Part shown: piece after piece, positions 10,801-20,170 of the stretch
How the letters are laid out: each line of letters begins with the position of its first letter
Numbering within the stretch: position 1 is the first letter of the stretch
Source: Longimicrobiales bacterium
Lineage (GTDB): Bacteria > Gemmatimonadota > Gemmatimonadetes > Longimicrobiales > Gaopeijiaceae
DNA length: 64,000 nt
Assembly: GCA_965248195.1 (NCBI GenBank)
Contig: CBDFIQ010000002.1
Coordinates: 3,200,001 to 3,264,000, forward strand
Direction of reading: 5' to 3'
Made by a program: the position numbers and the translations under genes
The notes under the pieces: model-generated
What the model saw: the letters and a program-made list of their open reading frames with translations, nothing else
Told to the model about the DNA's origin: nothing
Databases searched by the model: none

Positions 10801-11451
10801 GCCTCGGGCGATCGTGACGTCACCGGGGCTCACGGAAATCGAATACGGGTTCACCGTACCGGCATCCCGGGTCGGGAAGAGGAGGGCCGCGGCCCCACTG
10901 CGGAGTTGGGTCGGTCCGAGGAGCAACAACGCGAGCGAGGCGAGTGCCAACCCGGCGAGTGCTCCCGACGCCCGGTAAAGACTCCTTTGCTCGATCCGGC
11001 GCCCGAAATCGATATCCCTTGCGCGCTGGAGCGCACTCTCGACGACTTGTTGTTCGAGGGCTTCAGATCTTTCGAGGGCTTCGGAGCCTTGGTGCGACCC
11101 GGATGCTGTCTCGAGTGCCGCCAGCACCGAGGCCTCCAGGGAGGGCTCGTTCTCTTCCAGATAAAGGGCGGCCTGCTCGTCGGAGACCCTCCGCGCTAGG
11201 GGCCAGACGAGGAAGCGGGCTGTCAGCGCGGCCATGGCGAGCCACAGGATCACCCGGAACGTTACGACCGATGAGGCGCTGAAACGTGCGACTTCGAGCC
11301 CATAAACCGACAGAAGAAACGCCAGCAAACCGGCTCCGAGCACGATGGCCATCCCCCGGATCGCGATACGTGTACGCCACCGCCTGCGAATCTGGCGGAC
11401 CATGGACAGGACCCGGTGGTGGAGAGCGCCCTTATGTGTTGCTCGGTACAT
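7900..11451 (-). CDS. Large DUF4175-like membrane-anchored coiled-coil protein with Ig-like domains and Gln/Gly-rich low-complexity tract
   Basis: Three N-terminal TMs, beta-rich middle (A-DDYGV motif), long helical C-terminus ending VPTGFRRLVEEYYRAL. ATG 11451 follows GGAGGAG. Confidence 0.75.
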   Translation of the reverse strand: MYRATHKGALHHRVLSMVRQIRRRWRTRIAIRGMAIVLGAGLLAFLLSVYGLEVARFSASSVVTFRVILWLAMAALTARFLVWPLARRVSDEQAALYLEENEPSLEASVLAALETASGSHQGSEALERSEALEQQVVESALQRARDIDFGRRIEQRSLYRASGALAGLALASLALLLLGPTQLRSGAAALLFPTRDAGTVNPYSISVSPGDVTIARGSDQLVTAELHGFETEDVQIFFRGESADAFDALSMLTDGSAGFELLLLSLDENTDYFVESGGLRSDTHRIEVADLPYVEHLELEYHFPAYTGLASRTVEFGGDIAALRGTVVRLRVFPTMLTPGGQLLVDGEAVALTDEGDGTWTASLTVEREGYYEVALARAGGELVPASPQYMIDVLTDQPPSVSFSKPGRDERASPIEELYLEAKADDDYGVSDLLLIYSVNGGPEDTVPLFDGRPTPEVTAGHTLFLEDYGLEPGDLISYYAQVEDANRGPDSRTAKSDIYFVQIRPFRVDFRQAEQGGGGGGGGGGGQEERALSELQEQVVAATYNLVRDRELYNESEFQENLVSVRLAQGRAREQVAGLLQRLRARGLGNDSEFQKISELLGEAIAEMEAAEEILGSGELQEAISPELRALLHLQKAEENYEVEVSQGGQGGGGGGGGARADDLADLFELELDKLKNQYETVERGERRQAGDQLDETLEALKELARRQQQQAERQRRAAAQQGGASGGASDRAQRELADETEAAARRLERLARDTNDQQLMDASRRIQEAAADMRRAAAASGSSATADANSALDRLEEAQRRLQRDRVDRLRNDVEEAEQRAAELVREQREMEADMNRLGEASGGSGSEAGRRLFERKEAMNEEIADLEREIDRLASDARADQREASDRLREAATTIRDDKLKERVRYSRGLIGHRDPEYVNEFEAETTRIVEELQQELDRATDAIGENQADRRAEALDRARDLSRGAESLSRRLGERGDQSQQGQGQQGQDQQGQQGQQGQGQQGQGQQGQQGQQGQGQQGQGQQGQGQQGGQQGGQGGGDGQIGQDRGGFGTRGGYSGSRLGRLSRGDIRQFRGEARQRIQEAIELQRILEEEDLNQQQLGEVIRALRQLDREDVYLDLAELNRLQSQIVEGLKQLEFGLRRELEGEGQDRVFVSGSDEVPTGFRRLVEEYYRALSRTP
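8330..8505 (-). repeat. Coding low-complexity repeat (QQG/QQGQG units, 9- and 15-bp periodicity)
   Basis: Translates to QSQQGQGQQGQDQQGQQGQQGQGQQGQG...QQGGQQGGQG. Confidence 0.9.
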
Positions 11452-13564
11452 AACTCCTCCCATCATCAAATCTCATGGTTGCAGCCCGAGAAATCCAGTT
11501 CGAAATGGCGGTCTCCGTCAACAGAAGCACCAATGCCGCCACCATCAGCAAACGCCACAGGGACTGGCGCCGTTCCTGGTTTCTCGCCTGCATTTCGGGC
11601 GTTAACATCTCTCCACTGGCACCCAACTCGCCGCTGCTCTCCCGAGGAGCGACGGCCGCCGCGAGCTCGGTGGGATCCATGGATTCCAACTCAGACTCCG
11701 TCACGTCCACGTTCACCGCTACCGCGAAGGAGCGTTCCGGATTCGTACCCGGCGGCCGGATTTCATAAAATCCTTGCTCTTCGAGTTCCAAGAAACGAGG
11801 TCCGGCCGTTGCGGGCAAGGCGACACTCCCACCCCCGGGTGTAATCGCGACGTGGTCCACGTCGGGCGCTAGCTCACTCTCTCGGTCCAAGACGAACACC
11901 ATGCCGGCGGGATCGGCGATGTCGAGGACCTGACCGGCTGTGAACCAGGGCACCCGTTCCCGGTACCCGCCGAGGTGACGCATCATCTGGTGGATGAACG
12001 GGAGAAATACCGGCTGGACCGCCAGATCGTTCCAAAAAGTATCCATCGTGCTGGTCCAGACGAGCACATAACCTTCACCCAGGCGCCGCTCGGCAAGCGC
12101 GACCGACCCGTCGTCGAATCGTGCGAGGACTCGTCCCTCCGGACCTATCTCCAAGTCCCGTGACCGGAAGAACCGCGCGCGGGCGAAGTCACCTCCTCGG
12201 GGCCCAGCAAACAACTCGAACACCGGATGGGAATAATCGAGGTAGCCCAGTCGAGCCGCCCCCCTCGTGTGGTCCCTGGCTGGGCCGAATCGTCCCGGAA
12301 GCAACTCTTCGAGCCCGGTCTGCCATGCGCTGCGTTCTCCGAGGACGAGCAACAGTCCACCGCCCTCCTCCACGAAGCTGCGCAGGCGATCTTCAGTAGC
12401 ACCCTGTGGGAATCGAATGTCATTGAGTACGACGACGTCCGTCGCTCCCAGGTCGGCCGCCGAGAGGGAGGTCGAACGCCTCACATCAACCTGAAAGGAC
12501 GCCTCCTCGCTGATCTCGAGCGCCCGCTGCAGGTACAGGCTGGCATCGGACCGTGCAGTGCCGCCTTCCAACACGAGCGTACTCATCGGCCGTCCAGGCG
12601 AGAGCACGAAGTGGAGCTCATCGTCTTGCGGAAGCGCATCGGGGTCGAGCCGGATTGAACCACGCGTGTACAGGTCGGAGAGCGTGAAGGGCTCGAACGT
12701 GGCCGTCGCCGAGCCGGTCGGATCGAGTCGTACGGTCTGGGTCTGAACCTCCTGGCCATCCACTTCGAGCACGATGGCTCGTTCGGCTGGCGCTTCCCCC
12801 TGACGGCGGACCACACGCGCCGTTGCCGTCATGCGTTCCTGACCGGAGAAGAACTCTCGCCGGAGGGCCACCGACGCCACGGCGGCATTCGGAGTCGCTT
12901 CGTCGGAAATCAACACGGGATTCACCACCGTTCCAGGCGGAAACGTCACGCCCTCGTCGCCGTGCCACCCGGTGCGTTGGAAGTCGCTGATGATAACGGC
13001 CTCCCGGTTCGGGTACTCGGACTCTTCCAAGATCGTCTGGGCCAACTTCAAGGCCGGGCCGTAAAGTGTCCCGTCCGCGCTCAAACTGGCCGTGTCCAGA
13101 GCCGTAAGCAGGCGATTCCGATCCGAGGTCGCCCGGAGGAGCGCCTCTGCGCCCCTCCCCATGAACACGAGGCTGGCCCGATCGGAAGCGTCCAGGCCCT
13201 CGAAGATCTCTCGAGCCCGAGTTTTCGCCCGCTCCCACCGATCTCCATAACCCATCGAGTAGGATCGGTCCAAAACGACAACGACTTCACGGGGTCCGAG
13301 GGTCGAGCCGATCGCTACTGCAGTGTTCGCGAAGAAGGGGCGGGTGAATGCCGCTACGAGTAGCGCCAATGCCAGAGCCCGGATCGACAACAGTGCCCAG
13401 TGGTGGATCCTTCTGCGCTGGGTCGACCTAAACGGGATCTTCCGGAGGAACATCAAGGAGGGGAAGTCCACCACGTTGCGGCGCTGTTTCTCGGTCAGGT
13501 GGACGATGATGGGCACCGCCAGACCCACGAGACCCAACAGGAAGAGGGGGGCGAGAAGACCCAT
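11432..13564 (-). CDS. BatA N-terminal + vWA domain membrane protein
   Basis: N-terminal LAPLFLLGLVGLAVPIIVHL...FPSLMFL (BatA-like); MIDAS DRSYS; C-terminal TM preceded by AVNVDVTES. Confidence 0.85.
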   Translation of the reverse strand: MGLLAPLFLLGLVGLAVPIIVHLTEKQRRNVVDFPSLMFLRKIPFRSTQRRRIHHWALLSIRALALALLVAAFTRPFFANTAVAIGSTLGPREVVVVLDRSYSMGYGDRWERAKTRAREIFEGLDASDRASLVFMGRGAEALLRATSDRNRLLTALDTASLSADGTLYGPALKLAQTILEESEYPNREAVIISDFQRTGWHGDEGVTFPPGTVVNPVLISDEATPNAAVASVALRREFFSGQERMTATARVVRRQGEAPAERAIVLEVDGQEVQTQTVRLDPTGSATATFEPFTLSDLYTRGSIRLDPDALPQDDELHFVLSPGRPMSTLVLEGGTARSDASLYLQRALEISEEASFQVDVRRSTSLSAADLGATDVVVLNDIRFPQGATEDRLRSFVEEGGGLLLVLGERSAWQTGLEELLPGRFGPARDHTRGAARLGYLDYSHPVFELFAGPRGGDFARARFFRSRDLEIGPEGRVLARFDDGSVALAERRLGEGYVLVWTSTMDTFWNDLAVQPVFLPFIHQMMRHLGGYRERVPWFTAGQVLDIADPAGMVFVLDRESELAPDVDHVAITPGGGSVALPATAGPRFLELEEQGFYEIRPPGTNPERSFAVAVNVDVTESELESMDPTELAAAVAPRESSGELGASGEMLTPEMQARNQERRQSLWRLLMVAALVLLLTETAISNWISRAATMRFDDGRSYVPSNT

Positions 13565-14487
13565 CAGCGCACCCTGGCCATTTTTTCGCGGCTCGAGAGA
13601 TACCGGAAGAGGGCATAATCCAGCGGCTTCGATGTATCGAGCACGGTGTAGTCGATCCTGCTCCCCGTGAAGAGTCGTTCCAACTCCTCGGTGTGTTGGC
13701 CGATGAGAGTACGATATTCATCGGCGAGCTCATCGGGCACGATCGGGATCATTGTTTCACTCTCCAGATCTCGAAAACTCGCCGCACTCTCGTACGTGAA
13801 CTGGAGTTCAGCGGGGTCGAGCAGATGAAATACGATCACGTCGTGGCCCCGAGCCCTGAGATGCCGAACGGAGTCGATCACCTGCTCCGGCTCTTCGTAA
13901 AAATCTGAAAGAACGAGGAGGATCCCCCGGTGGTGGAGGTTGTCGCCCAGTCGCATGAGCGGGTCACGCAGCACGCCGGGCCGGCCCGGCTCGGCGTGCG
14001 CCAGCGTGTGTAGGATGAGCTGCAGGTGACGGGTGGAGGGAGGCACGTACTCCACGATCTCGTGGTCGAAGGTCGCGAGGCCCACCCGGTCTCTTTGCTT
14101 CTGCGAAAAGTAAGAGAGCGCTGCCCCCAGGTACCGTGCGTAGTCGAGTTTGGTGACCGCGTGGGTGCCGAAGCTCATGGACTTTGAGATGTCGAGCACG
14201 ACCATGAAATCGGCGGCTGTCTCCGCCTCGAACAGCTTCACGTAAAACCGGTCCGTGCGAGCGAAAAGCCTCCAGTCGATGCGCCGGATGTCGTCGCCCG
14301 GCATGTACTCTCGGTGCTCCGCGAAGTCGAGCGACATCCCCAGGTGCGGTGACCTGTGAAGACCTTGGAGGAAGCCGTCCACGACGGTGCGGGCCAACAA
14401 CTCCAGATTGCCGATCCGGCTCAATACGGCCGGATCGAGGAACTGCGTATCGGCGCCATGAACGCTCGACCGCTCTCTGACAGCCAC
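13564..14487 (-). CDS. DUF58 vWA-like protein
   Basis: GLHRSPHLGMSLDFAEHREYMPGDDIRRIDW; LDISKSM. Confidence 0.92.
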   Translation of the reverse strand: MAVRERSSVHGADTQFLDPAVLSRIGNLELLARTVVDGFLQGLHRSPHLGMSLDFAEHREYMPGDDIRRIDWRLFARTDRFYVKLFEAETAADFMVVLDISKSMSFGTHAVTKLDYARYLGAALSYFSQKQRDRVGLATFDHEIVEYVPPSTRHLQLILHTLAHAEPGRPGVLRDPLMRLGDNLHHRGILLVLSDFYEEPEQVIDSVRHLRARGHDVIVFHLLDPAELQFTYESAASFRDLESETMIPIVPDELADEYRTLIGQHTEELERLFTGSRIDYTVLDTSKPLDYALFRYLSSREKMARVR

Positions 14488-14496
14488 TTTGGGCGC

Positions 14497-15594
14497 CTAC
14501 AGACCCGAGGAGGGTACAGGCACGGCCTCGAGTAGCTGATCGACCAGTTCCCCGGTGGTCACGCCCTCGGATTCGGCGTGGAAGTTGGTGAGAATCCTAT
14601 GCCTCAGAACCGGGTGGGCGAGCGCCCGGATGTCTTCGAAGCTCACGTTGTAACGCCCCTTCGTGAGCGCCCGAGCCTTCCCTCCTAGAATAAGATACTG
14701 GGCGGCCCGGACGCTCGCTCCGAAGGCGACCCACTTGTTGATGAAGTCCGGACCATCTCCGTTGGGACTCGGGCGCGTGGTCCGAACGAGGTCGACGGCA
14801 TAGCGCATTGCCGCTTCCGGGACGGGCACCTTTCGTACGAGCCTCTGGAACGCGACGAGATCCGGGCCCGTGACCGTGTGCTTGAATTCAGGCTCCTGGA
14901 TTCCGGTCGTCGTGCGCACCACCTCTAATTCTTCGTCCTCGGCGAGATGGTCCATGATGATCTTGAACATGAAGCGGTCGAGCTGCGCCTCAGGCAGAGG
15001 GTAGGTGCCCTCGAGCTCGATGGGATTCTGGGTGGCGAACACGTAGAAGGGCTCTTCGAGTACGTACGTGGTTCCCTGAACCGTAACGCGGTGCTCCTGC
15101 ATCGCCTCCAGGAGCGCCGACTGGGTCTTGGGGGGTGTGCGGTTGATCTCATCCGCTAGCACGATGTTCGCAAAAATCGGTCCCGGGGCGAACACCATGC
15201 TGCGCCGACCCGTGTCTGCGTCTTCCTGGATAATGTCGGTGCCCGTGATGTCAGACGGCATCACGTCCGGAGTGAATTGGATTCGCGAGAACTTGAGATC
15301 GAGCACTTCGGCGACGGTGTGAATCAACATCGTCTTGGCCAGCCCGGGGACACCGAGAAGCAGGCTATTGCCGCCGACGAAGAGAGAAAGAAGCATCTGC
15401 TCGATGGTCTCATCCTGTCCGATGATGAGCTTCCGCACCTCGGATATAATCTGCTCGCGCCCCGCCTTCATGCGATCGGCGAGGTCTATGTCGTCGGGGC
15501 TGTCGAGGGCAGCCGCTTCGGGTGCGTCGACTGCCTCGGCTTCAGCGACTTCCTGTTCGGCTTCAGCGACTTCCTGCTCTTCCTTGAATGACAT
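14497..15594 (-). CDS. moxR: MoxR-family AAA+ ATPase
   Basis: GVPGLAKT, RIQFTPD, LADEINRTPPKTQSALLEAMQE, ATQNPIELEGTYPLPEAQLDRF. Confidence 0.95.
   Translation of the reverse strand: MSFKEEQEVAEAEQEVAEAEAVDAPEAAALDSPDDIDLADRMKAGREQIISEVRKLIIGQDETIEQMLLSLFVGGNSLLLGVPGLAKTMLIHTVAEVLDLKFSRIQFTPDVMPSDITGTDIIQEDADTGRRSMVFAPGPIFANIVLADEINRTPPKTQSALLEAMQEHRVTVQGTTYVLEEPFYVFATQNPIELEGTYPLPEAQLDRFMFKIIMDHLAEDEELEVVRTTTGIQEPEFKHTVTGPDLVAFQRLVRKVPVPEAAMRYAVDLVRTTRPSPNGDGPDFINKWVAFGASVRAAQYLILGGKARALTKGRYNVSFEDIRALAHPVLRHRILTNFHAESEGVTTGELVDQLLEAVPVPSSGL
15536..15577. repeat. 21-bp in-frame tandem duplication in the moxR 5' end
   Basis: TCGGCTTCAGCGACTTCCTG(T/C) x2, encoding EQEVAEA-EQEVAEA. Confidence 0.9.
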
Positions 15595-15696
15595 TTCGTG
15601 CTCCGTCGAGGCCGCCGCACGGCCGTTGGCTCATGGTTGTGGTTTCTTTCTGTCCCGGGTCGGTTGCGGCGCCACCCGGATCGATTACGGTGCCAC

Positions 15697-16521
15697 TCAG
15701 TGTGTCATCGCGTAGATGACATAATTGACACCCAGTTTGTATGCTTCGTTAGACAGGTCGATCGGATACCAACCTACATCCGAGTACTCCCAGTATTCTC
15801 CGATATCATTGTTATAGTTGGCAATGGCCACCAGTCGCCGGTCCGGATCGTTCTCTTCATGGAGCCCCAGGTAAACGGGCTCTACCTGGAAAGTAGGAGA
15901 AGCCAGGGTTTTCAGCGACTCGATCTGGAAAAAGGAGTCGAAGATCGTGTGGGTTTCGTCGAGTTCAACGAATTCGGCGCCCGGGATCACTCGTTTCATC
16001 TGGGCGTCGAAGTTGAACCAATCGCCACCACGAAAGTCGTCGGCGATCAGAAATCCGCCCTTGAGCAGGTAGTTCCTGAGTCCTTCGGCTTCGGCGTCGG
16101 TTGGATTCCAATACCCCGGTTCGGATATGTAAGCCATCGGGAAGCGGGTCAGTTCCGGGTCGTCCGTCTGAAAAATATTTCCCCCGGCCATATAGGGCTG
16201 GAGGAGGGTCGTCTCCCGCAGGATGTTCATGAAGTTGCGCTCCGCCCGGGGGTAGTCATGGGCCCAGGGCGGCAGCCCTCCCCTCCGTCGCCCTCCACCA
16301 AAGCTCCCGGTGTTGAGACCTTCGCCGAAGCGGATACGTGCGAATGTGAACCGGCCATCGTACGGCACATTGTCCTCTTGGACATATCCGCCATCGAGCG
16401 AAACCGCGCGTTCGACCAGCGGATCTCGATCTTCCGGTCCGGAATGGGTGAGTGCGACCGACCCGGTCAGAACCGAAGCCGTGACGAAACCCAACAACGG
16501 CAGGGGAGGCCATGCGCTCAT
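15697..16521 (-). CDS. DUF4159 domain secreted protein (copy 1)
   Basis: Start ATG 16521 overlaps the upstream stop; signal peptide; WAHDYP, LRNYLLKGGFLIADDF, KLGVNYVIYAMTH. Confidence 0.85.
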   Translation of the reverse strand: MSAWPPLPLLGFVTASVLTGSVALTHSGPEDRDPLVERAVSLDGGYVQEDNVPYDGRFTFARIRFGEGLNTGSFGGGRRRGGLPPWAHDYPRAERNFMNILRETTLLQPYMAGGNIFQTDDPELTRFPMAYISEPGYWNPTDAEAEGLRNYLLKGGFLIADDFRGGDWFNFDAQMKRVIPGAEFVELDETHTIFDSFFQIESLKTLASPTFQVEPVYLGLHEENDPDRRLVAIANYNNDIGEYWEYSDVGWYPIDLSNEAYKLGVNYVIYAMTH

Positions 16522-19172
16522 CTCGCACCGCTTCTGAGATCGAGAAGTAGCTCCAGGCCCGCCTCGAAGTTCGGTGCGATCTCGAGGGCCCTGAGAACGG
16601 ATCGGCGGGCTTGCGCCGGCTCGCCGGCGGTCAGGTAGGCGAGGGCGAGCTCGTAGTACGCTCCGGCCAGATCGGCTGGCGCCAGCGCTACGATGGCCCT
16701 CCGCTCCCGAACGGCACCAGCTGCATCCCCACGCGCCTCGTGAGCCTGCGCCAGACGGTCGTGGAGTTCGATCTCGTAGGGGTAGATGAGCACGGCGGCG
16801 TCCATGGATTGGGCGGCACCTGTGGTATCTCCCAACTCGGTCTGGAGCTCGGCGAGTTGGAGGAGCGCCTCGTAATGGCTCTCGTTCAGGGTCGTGAGGC
16901 GCGCGAGCGCCGCTGCGGCCCGTTCCGTCTCTGCTCGTTGCCGATGAATCTGGGCGAGAAACCAGTAGGGACTGTCCATCCCTCCGTACCCGGGGAAGAG
17001 ACGGAGCGCCGCGCGGAGATGCTCCTCGGCCTCCTCCAATCGTTCTTCCCCATACAGCATGATCCCGAGAGCCAGGCGTGCCGGAAAGTTGTCCGGGTTC
17101 TCGCGCACTACCCTGGTCCAATCTTCGATCGTCCGTGGATTCCGCGGGATGCCTGGGCTGCTGACGGGCGGCTGCAAGGCTTTCAGCGGAGCGTCGAACC
17201 GTTGCCTGAAGTACGCGTCGAAATCCCGGTCGAGGTCGTCCATGCTGATTCGCAGGAGGCTCTCCATCAGTTCGGGCGTCGCCCGTCCCTCCCGATAACC
17301 GTGGAGCATGTCCCGAATGACCTGAAGTCCCCATCGCGATTCGATGAAGTCGAACACCAGCGACGCCTGTAGATAGGAGTCGAGGACCTGCTCGGCGTAG
17401 GTGGGTTGGACGAACCCCGCGTTGAGCTTGCTCACGGGCAGCAGCAGGCCCTCACGGTATCGGTTGAGAAATCCGGGGGCGGCCTGGTGGCCCCAACCCT
17501 CACGGGCCTGACGCTGTTCGTGTACCGCCAAGCCCTCGGAGAACCAGCGCGGGACCGCGTGCTCGGTGATACCGAGGTGGAAGACGTGGGCGAGTTCGTG
17601 CCAGAGGACGGACGCCCAGTTGAACTCTCCGAGGGGACGAGCGGCGGGCGAGTCCATGGCGAGAAGACTTCCGAAGGTGACGCCGAGAGCGCCCATGCCC
17701 GCTAGTCCTACGGTTCGGACCGAAAAGTCGGCGTGGCTCGGATAGACCTCGATTCGGATGGGCAGCGGTGGCTCGTATCCGCCGTAACGCTCCACCAGGG
17801 CCTCGTACGCCTCCTCCGCGATCGCTTCGATATACGGTTGCAGTAGCGCCGATTCCCGTCCGTGCAAAACGAAGAGGAAGCGGGGGTCTTCTTCATTGGT
17901 GTCGTAGTTCTCAAACGTGTCCAGCAGGTCCAGGGTATTGTAGAACCACACGCTGTAAGGATCTCCCTCGAAGGCCGTCTCCAGGCTGGCCCGGCCTTCT
18001 TCGATCAGGCCGAGCCGCAGCTGGTTCATGCCGAGGATCCCGTAGGCTCTCCAGGACAAGGAGTCCAACGTGATGGCCTCCTCCGCCAGGCGGGCAGCCT
18101 CGACGTATTTGCGGCTCTGGACGCTCAGATCCGCAACGTCGTTGTATAGTTCCGAGTAGGTGGGGCTGAGCGCGGTGACCTGGTCACGGATCCTGCGGTA
18201 TTCATCGTTCTCACCACGGAGGTAGTGACTGGCAGCGAGAACGCTCAGCGCTTCCAGCGAGACGGGGTTCACCTCCAGCGCTCTCTCGAGCTCCGCGCGA
18301 GCATCATCGTGGTTCTCCACTTCGAGGTGGAGCCGTGCCTTGAAGACTCGCGCCGCGGTGAGGTTTTCGTTCTGCTCCAAGGCCGCCTCCACCTGATCCA
18401 TCACCCCGACCGTACCGTTGAACTTCATGGCACGGGCCAGACCCAAGAGTGCCCGTGGGTGGTTTGGATTCCTCTCGAGAACGCCCCTCAACGCCGCGTC
18501 GGCTTCCGGTCCGTTGTACTTGTCGAGAAACAACTCCCCGATCAGAACCCGCGGCTCCAGGTTACCCGGATCGGCAGCTACCGCCTCATCGTAGGCTCTG
18601 AGCGCGTCCTGGAAGAGCTCGTGTTCACGAATGCCCAAGTACTGAACCGCTGTTGCCACTGCGGTGAGGTCGGCCGAGGAGAGGGGCGTGGACCCGTTGT
18701 AGAGATCGATGAAGGAGTCGAACGCCGCGAATGCGGCGTCCCGATCGCCGTACCTCCATTCGATGACGGCGAGGTTCAGGCGCGCGGAATTCCGATCCAC
18801 CGCCCCGCCCTGGACGGATCGAACGAATTGCTCGCGGGCTCGGTCGATCTGCCCCAACTCGTAGAGGATTTCGCCGGCCGTGTTGGCGAGTTCGGTACCC
18901 ATGGCCGGGGGGGCCTCACGCACGGCTTCGAGCGCATCCTCGTATCGGCCGACCTCGGCCAGGGCGGAGAGATACGCCACATAGGCTCTCCGTCGATCGC
19001 CCCGGCTTAGATTCGGCCCTGGGTCTGATCGGGAGATCGCTCCGAGCGCCTCGATGGCCGACTCATAGGCCCCCGCACGAAGTTCGGAGATGGCCTGGTC
19101 CAGCGTCTGAGCTGCTCCACCGGTGGACAGGCTGAGAGCGGCGAACGCGAATAGGAGAAACCCCCGCTTCAT
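16518..19172 (-). CDS. Secreted TPR protein with clan MA (gluzincin-like) metallopeptidase domain
   Basis: Signal peptide, many TPRs, WHELAH (HEXXH) and downstream PRWFSEGLA. Confidence 0.85.
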   Translation of the reverse strand: MKRGFLLFAFAALSLSTGGAAQTLDQAISELRAGAYESAIEALGAISRSDPGPNLSRGDRRRAYVAYLSALAEVGRYEDALEAVREAPPAMGTELANTAGEILYELGQIDRAREQFVRSVQGGAVDRNSARLNLAVIEWRYGDRDAAFAAFDSFIDLYNGSTPLSSADLTAVATAVQYLGIREHELFQDALRAYDEAVAADPGNLEPRVLIGELFLDKYNGPEADAALRGVLERNPNHPRALLGLARAMKFNGTVGVMDQVEAALEQNENLTAARVFKARLHLEVENHDDARAELERALEVNPVSLEALSVLAASHYLRGENDEYRRIRDQVTALSPTYSELYNDVADLSVQSRKYVEAARLAEEAITLDSLSWRAYGILGMNQLRLGLIEEGRASLETAFEGDPYSVWFYNTLDLLDTFENYDTNEEDPRFLFVLHGRESALLQPYIEAIAEEAYEALVERYGGYEPPLPIRIEVYPSHADFSVRTVGLAGMGALGVTFGSLLAMDSPAARPLGEFNWASVLWHELAHVFHLGITEHAVPRWFSEGLAVHEQRQAREGWGHQAAPGFLNRYREGLLLPVSKLNAGFVQPTYAEQVLDSYLQASLVFDFIESRWGLQVIRDMLHGYREGRATPELMESLLRISMDDLDRDFDAYFRQRFDAPLKALQPPVSSPGIPRNPRTIEDWTRVVRENPDNFPARLALGIMLYGEERLEEAEEHLRAALRLFPGYGGMDSPYWFLAQIHRQRAETERAAAALARLTTLNESHYEALLQLAELQTELGDTTGAAQSMDAAVLIYPYEIELHDRLAQAHEARGDAAGAVRERRAIVALAPADLAGAYYELALAYLTAGEPAQARRSVLRALEIAPNFEAGLELLLDLRSGAR

Positions 19173-20170
19173 TCTCTCCCGCTCGACCGAGCCTGAATCT
19201 CCCTGTTGAGGAGAGCCAGCTCGACGAGCACCTCTTCCAAGTCGTTATCGTAGCGGTCCTGATCGATCTGGCCACTCAGGGCGCGGAGTTCCTCGAGGCG
19301 CTGCTCCAGCTCCGCTCTCTGCTCGAGGAGTGCTTTCAGCTCCGGATCGTCGGTGGCGCGCGCCGCGGCCAGGGTCGGGTCGGCTGCCAGGAACATCGTT
19401 CGTGCGAGTGAGCCATCCGCGGCGTCCACCAACTCGGTGCTGCCCTCTCCGTCGCCGTTGTCGTCGAGCACCGGGTGTTCGGTGGCGATCCGGTTCGACA
19501 TCGCATACTCCCGTGTGACCTCGATGCGCGCGAACTCGAAGGCCTCCCAAAGCGACACGCGCCCATTCCTGTCGAGATCGGCGGTCTCTCCACTGAACGC
19601 TTCGATGAAGTAGCCTCCGAAGACAGTTTCGTTTCTCTCCCTCCCGGTTCTTGTGGCCGTGACGATGGCGCGCCCCGCTCCCGAGAGTGCCTTCACGAAT
19701 TCTCCACTCGAACTGGCGAGGTTTGCGAACGCCACTCGGCGCTCCGAGAGCTGATCGAGGAGCAGTCCGAAATCTTCTGCGGTCAAGTCGGGCCCCGGGA
19801 GGTTGAAGCGGGACTCTTCGTTGGTGTAGCTGCCGTGCCCAATGAGCACGACGAAGATGTAATCGCCGGGCTGGGAGTTGGAGGCGAGCGTCGTGAAAGC
19901 CCGGTCTATGTTCTCGCGGGTCGAGCGGCCCTGGATTCGCGGATCAGAGGCCGGGTCCTCACTCAAGTAGATGATGTTCTCGGCCGGGATGGTGAACTTC
20001 CCCCCAGCCGCGGTGACGAGAGTGCCGCCCCACTCGGCGAATCTTTCACGGAACTCCGGGTCGCCCCCTAATCCCGTGATGACGAGGACGTGCGTGTCCT
20101 GACCAAGTACCGGTTGGACCACAGCCGTCACGATGAGCATGACGACGACGACGGTGGCGCGGGAGATCAT
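19169..20170 (-). CDS. Secreted caspase/legumain-fold (clan CD-like) protein lacking the catalytic Cys
   Basis: Signal peptide; TRENI...DYIFVVLIGHG; NLASSSG where D-x-C-x-S-G is expected; EF-hand-like DLDRNGRVSLWEA. Confidence 0.65.
   Translation of the reverse strand: MISRATVVVVMLIVTAVVQPVLGQDTHVLVITGLGGDPEFRERFAEWGGTLVTAAGGKFTIPAENIIYLSEDPASDPRIQGRSTRENIDRAFTTLASNSQPGDYIFVVLIGHGSYTNEESRFNLPGPDLTAEDFGLLLDQLSERRVAFANLASSSGEFVKALSGAGRAIVTATRTGRERNETVFGGYFIEAFSGETADLDRNGRVSLWEAFEFARIEVTREYAMSNRIATEHPVLDDNGDGEGSTELVDAADGSLARTMFLAADPTLAAARATDDPELKALLEQRAELEQRLEELRALSGQIDQDRYDNDLEEVLVELALLNREIQARSSGRE

Noticed and set aside
16522..17334. N-terminal extension of the DUF4159 ORF (likewise 37114-37503, 40296-40889, 4253-4405)
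   Set aside because: These overlap well-supported genes in another frame; downstream coupled starts fit better.
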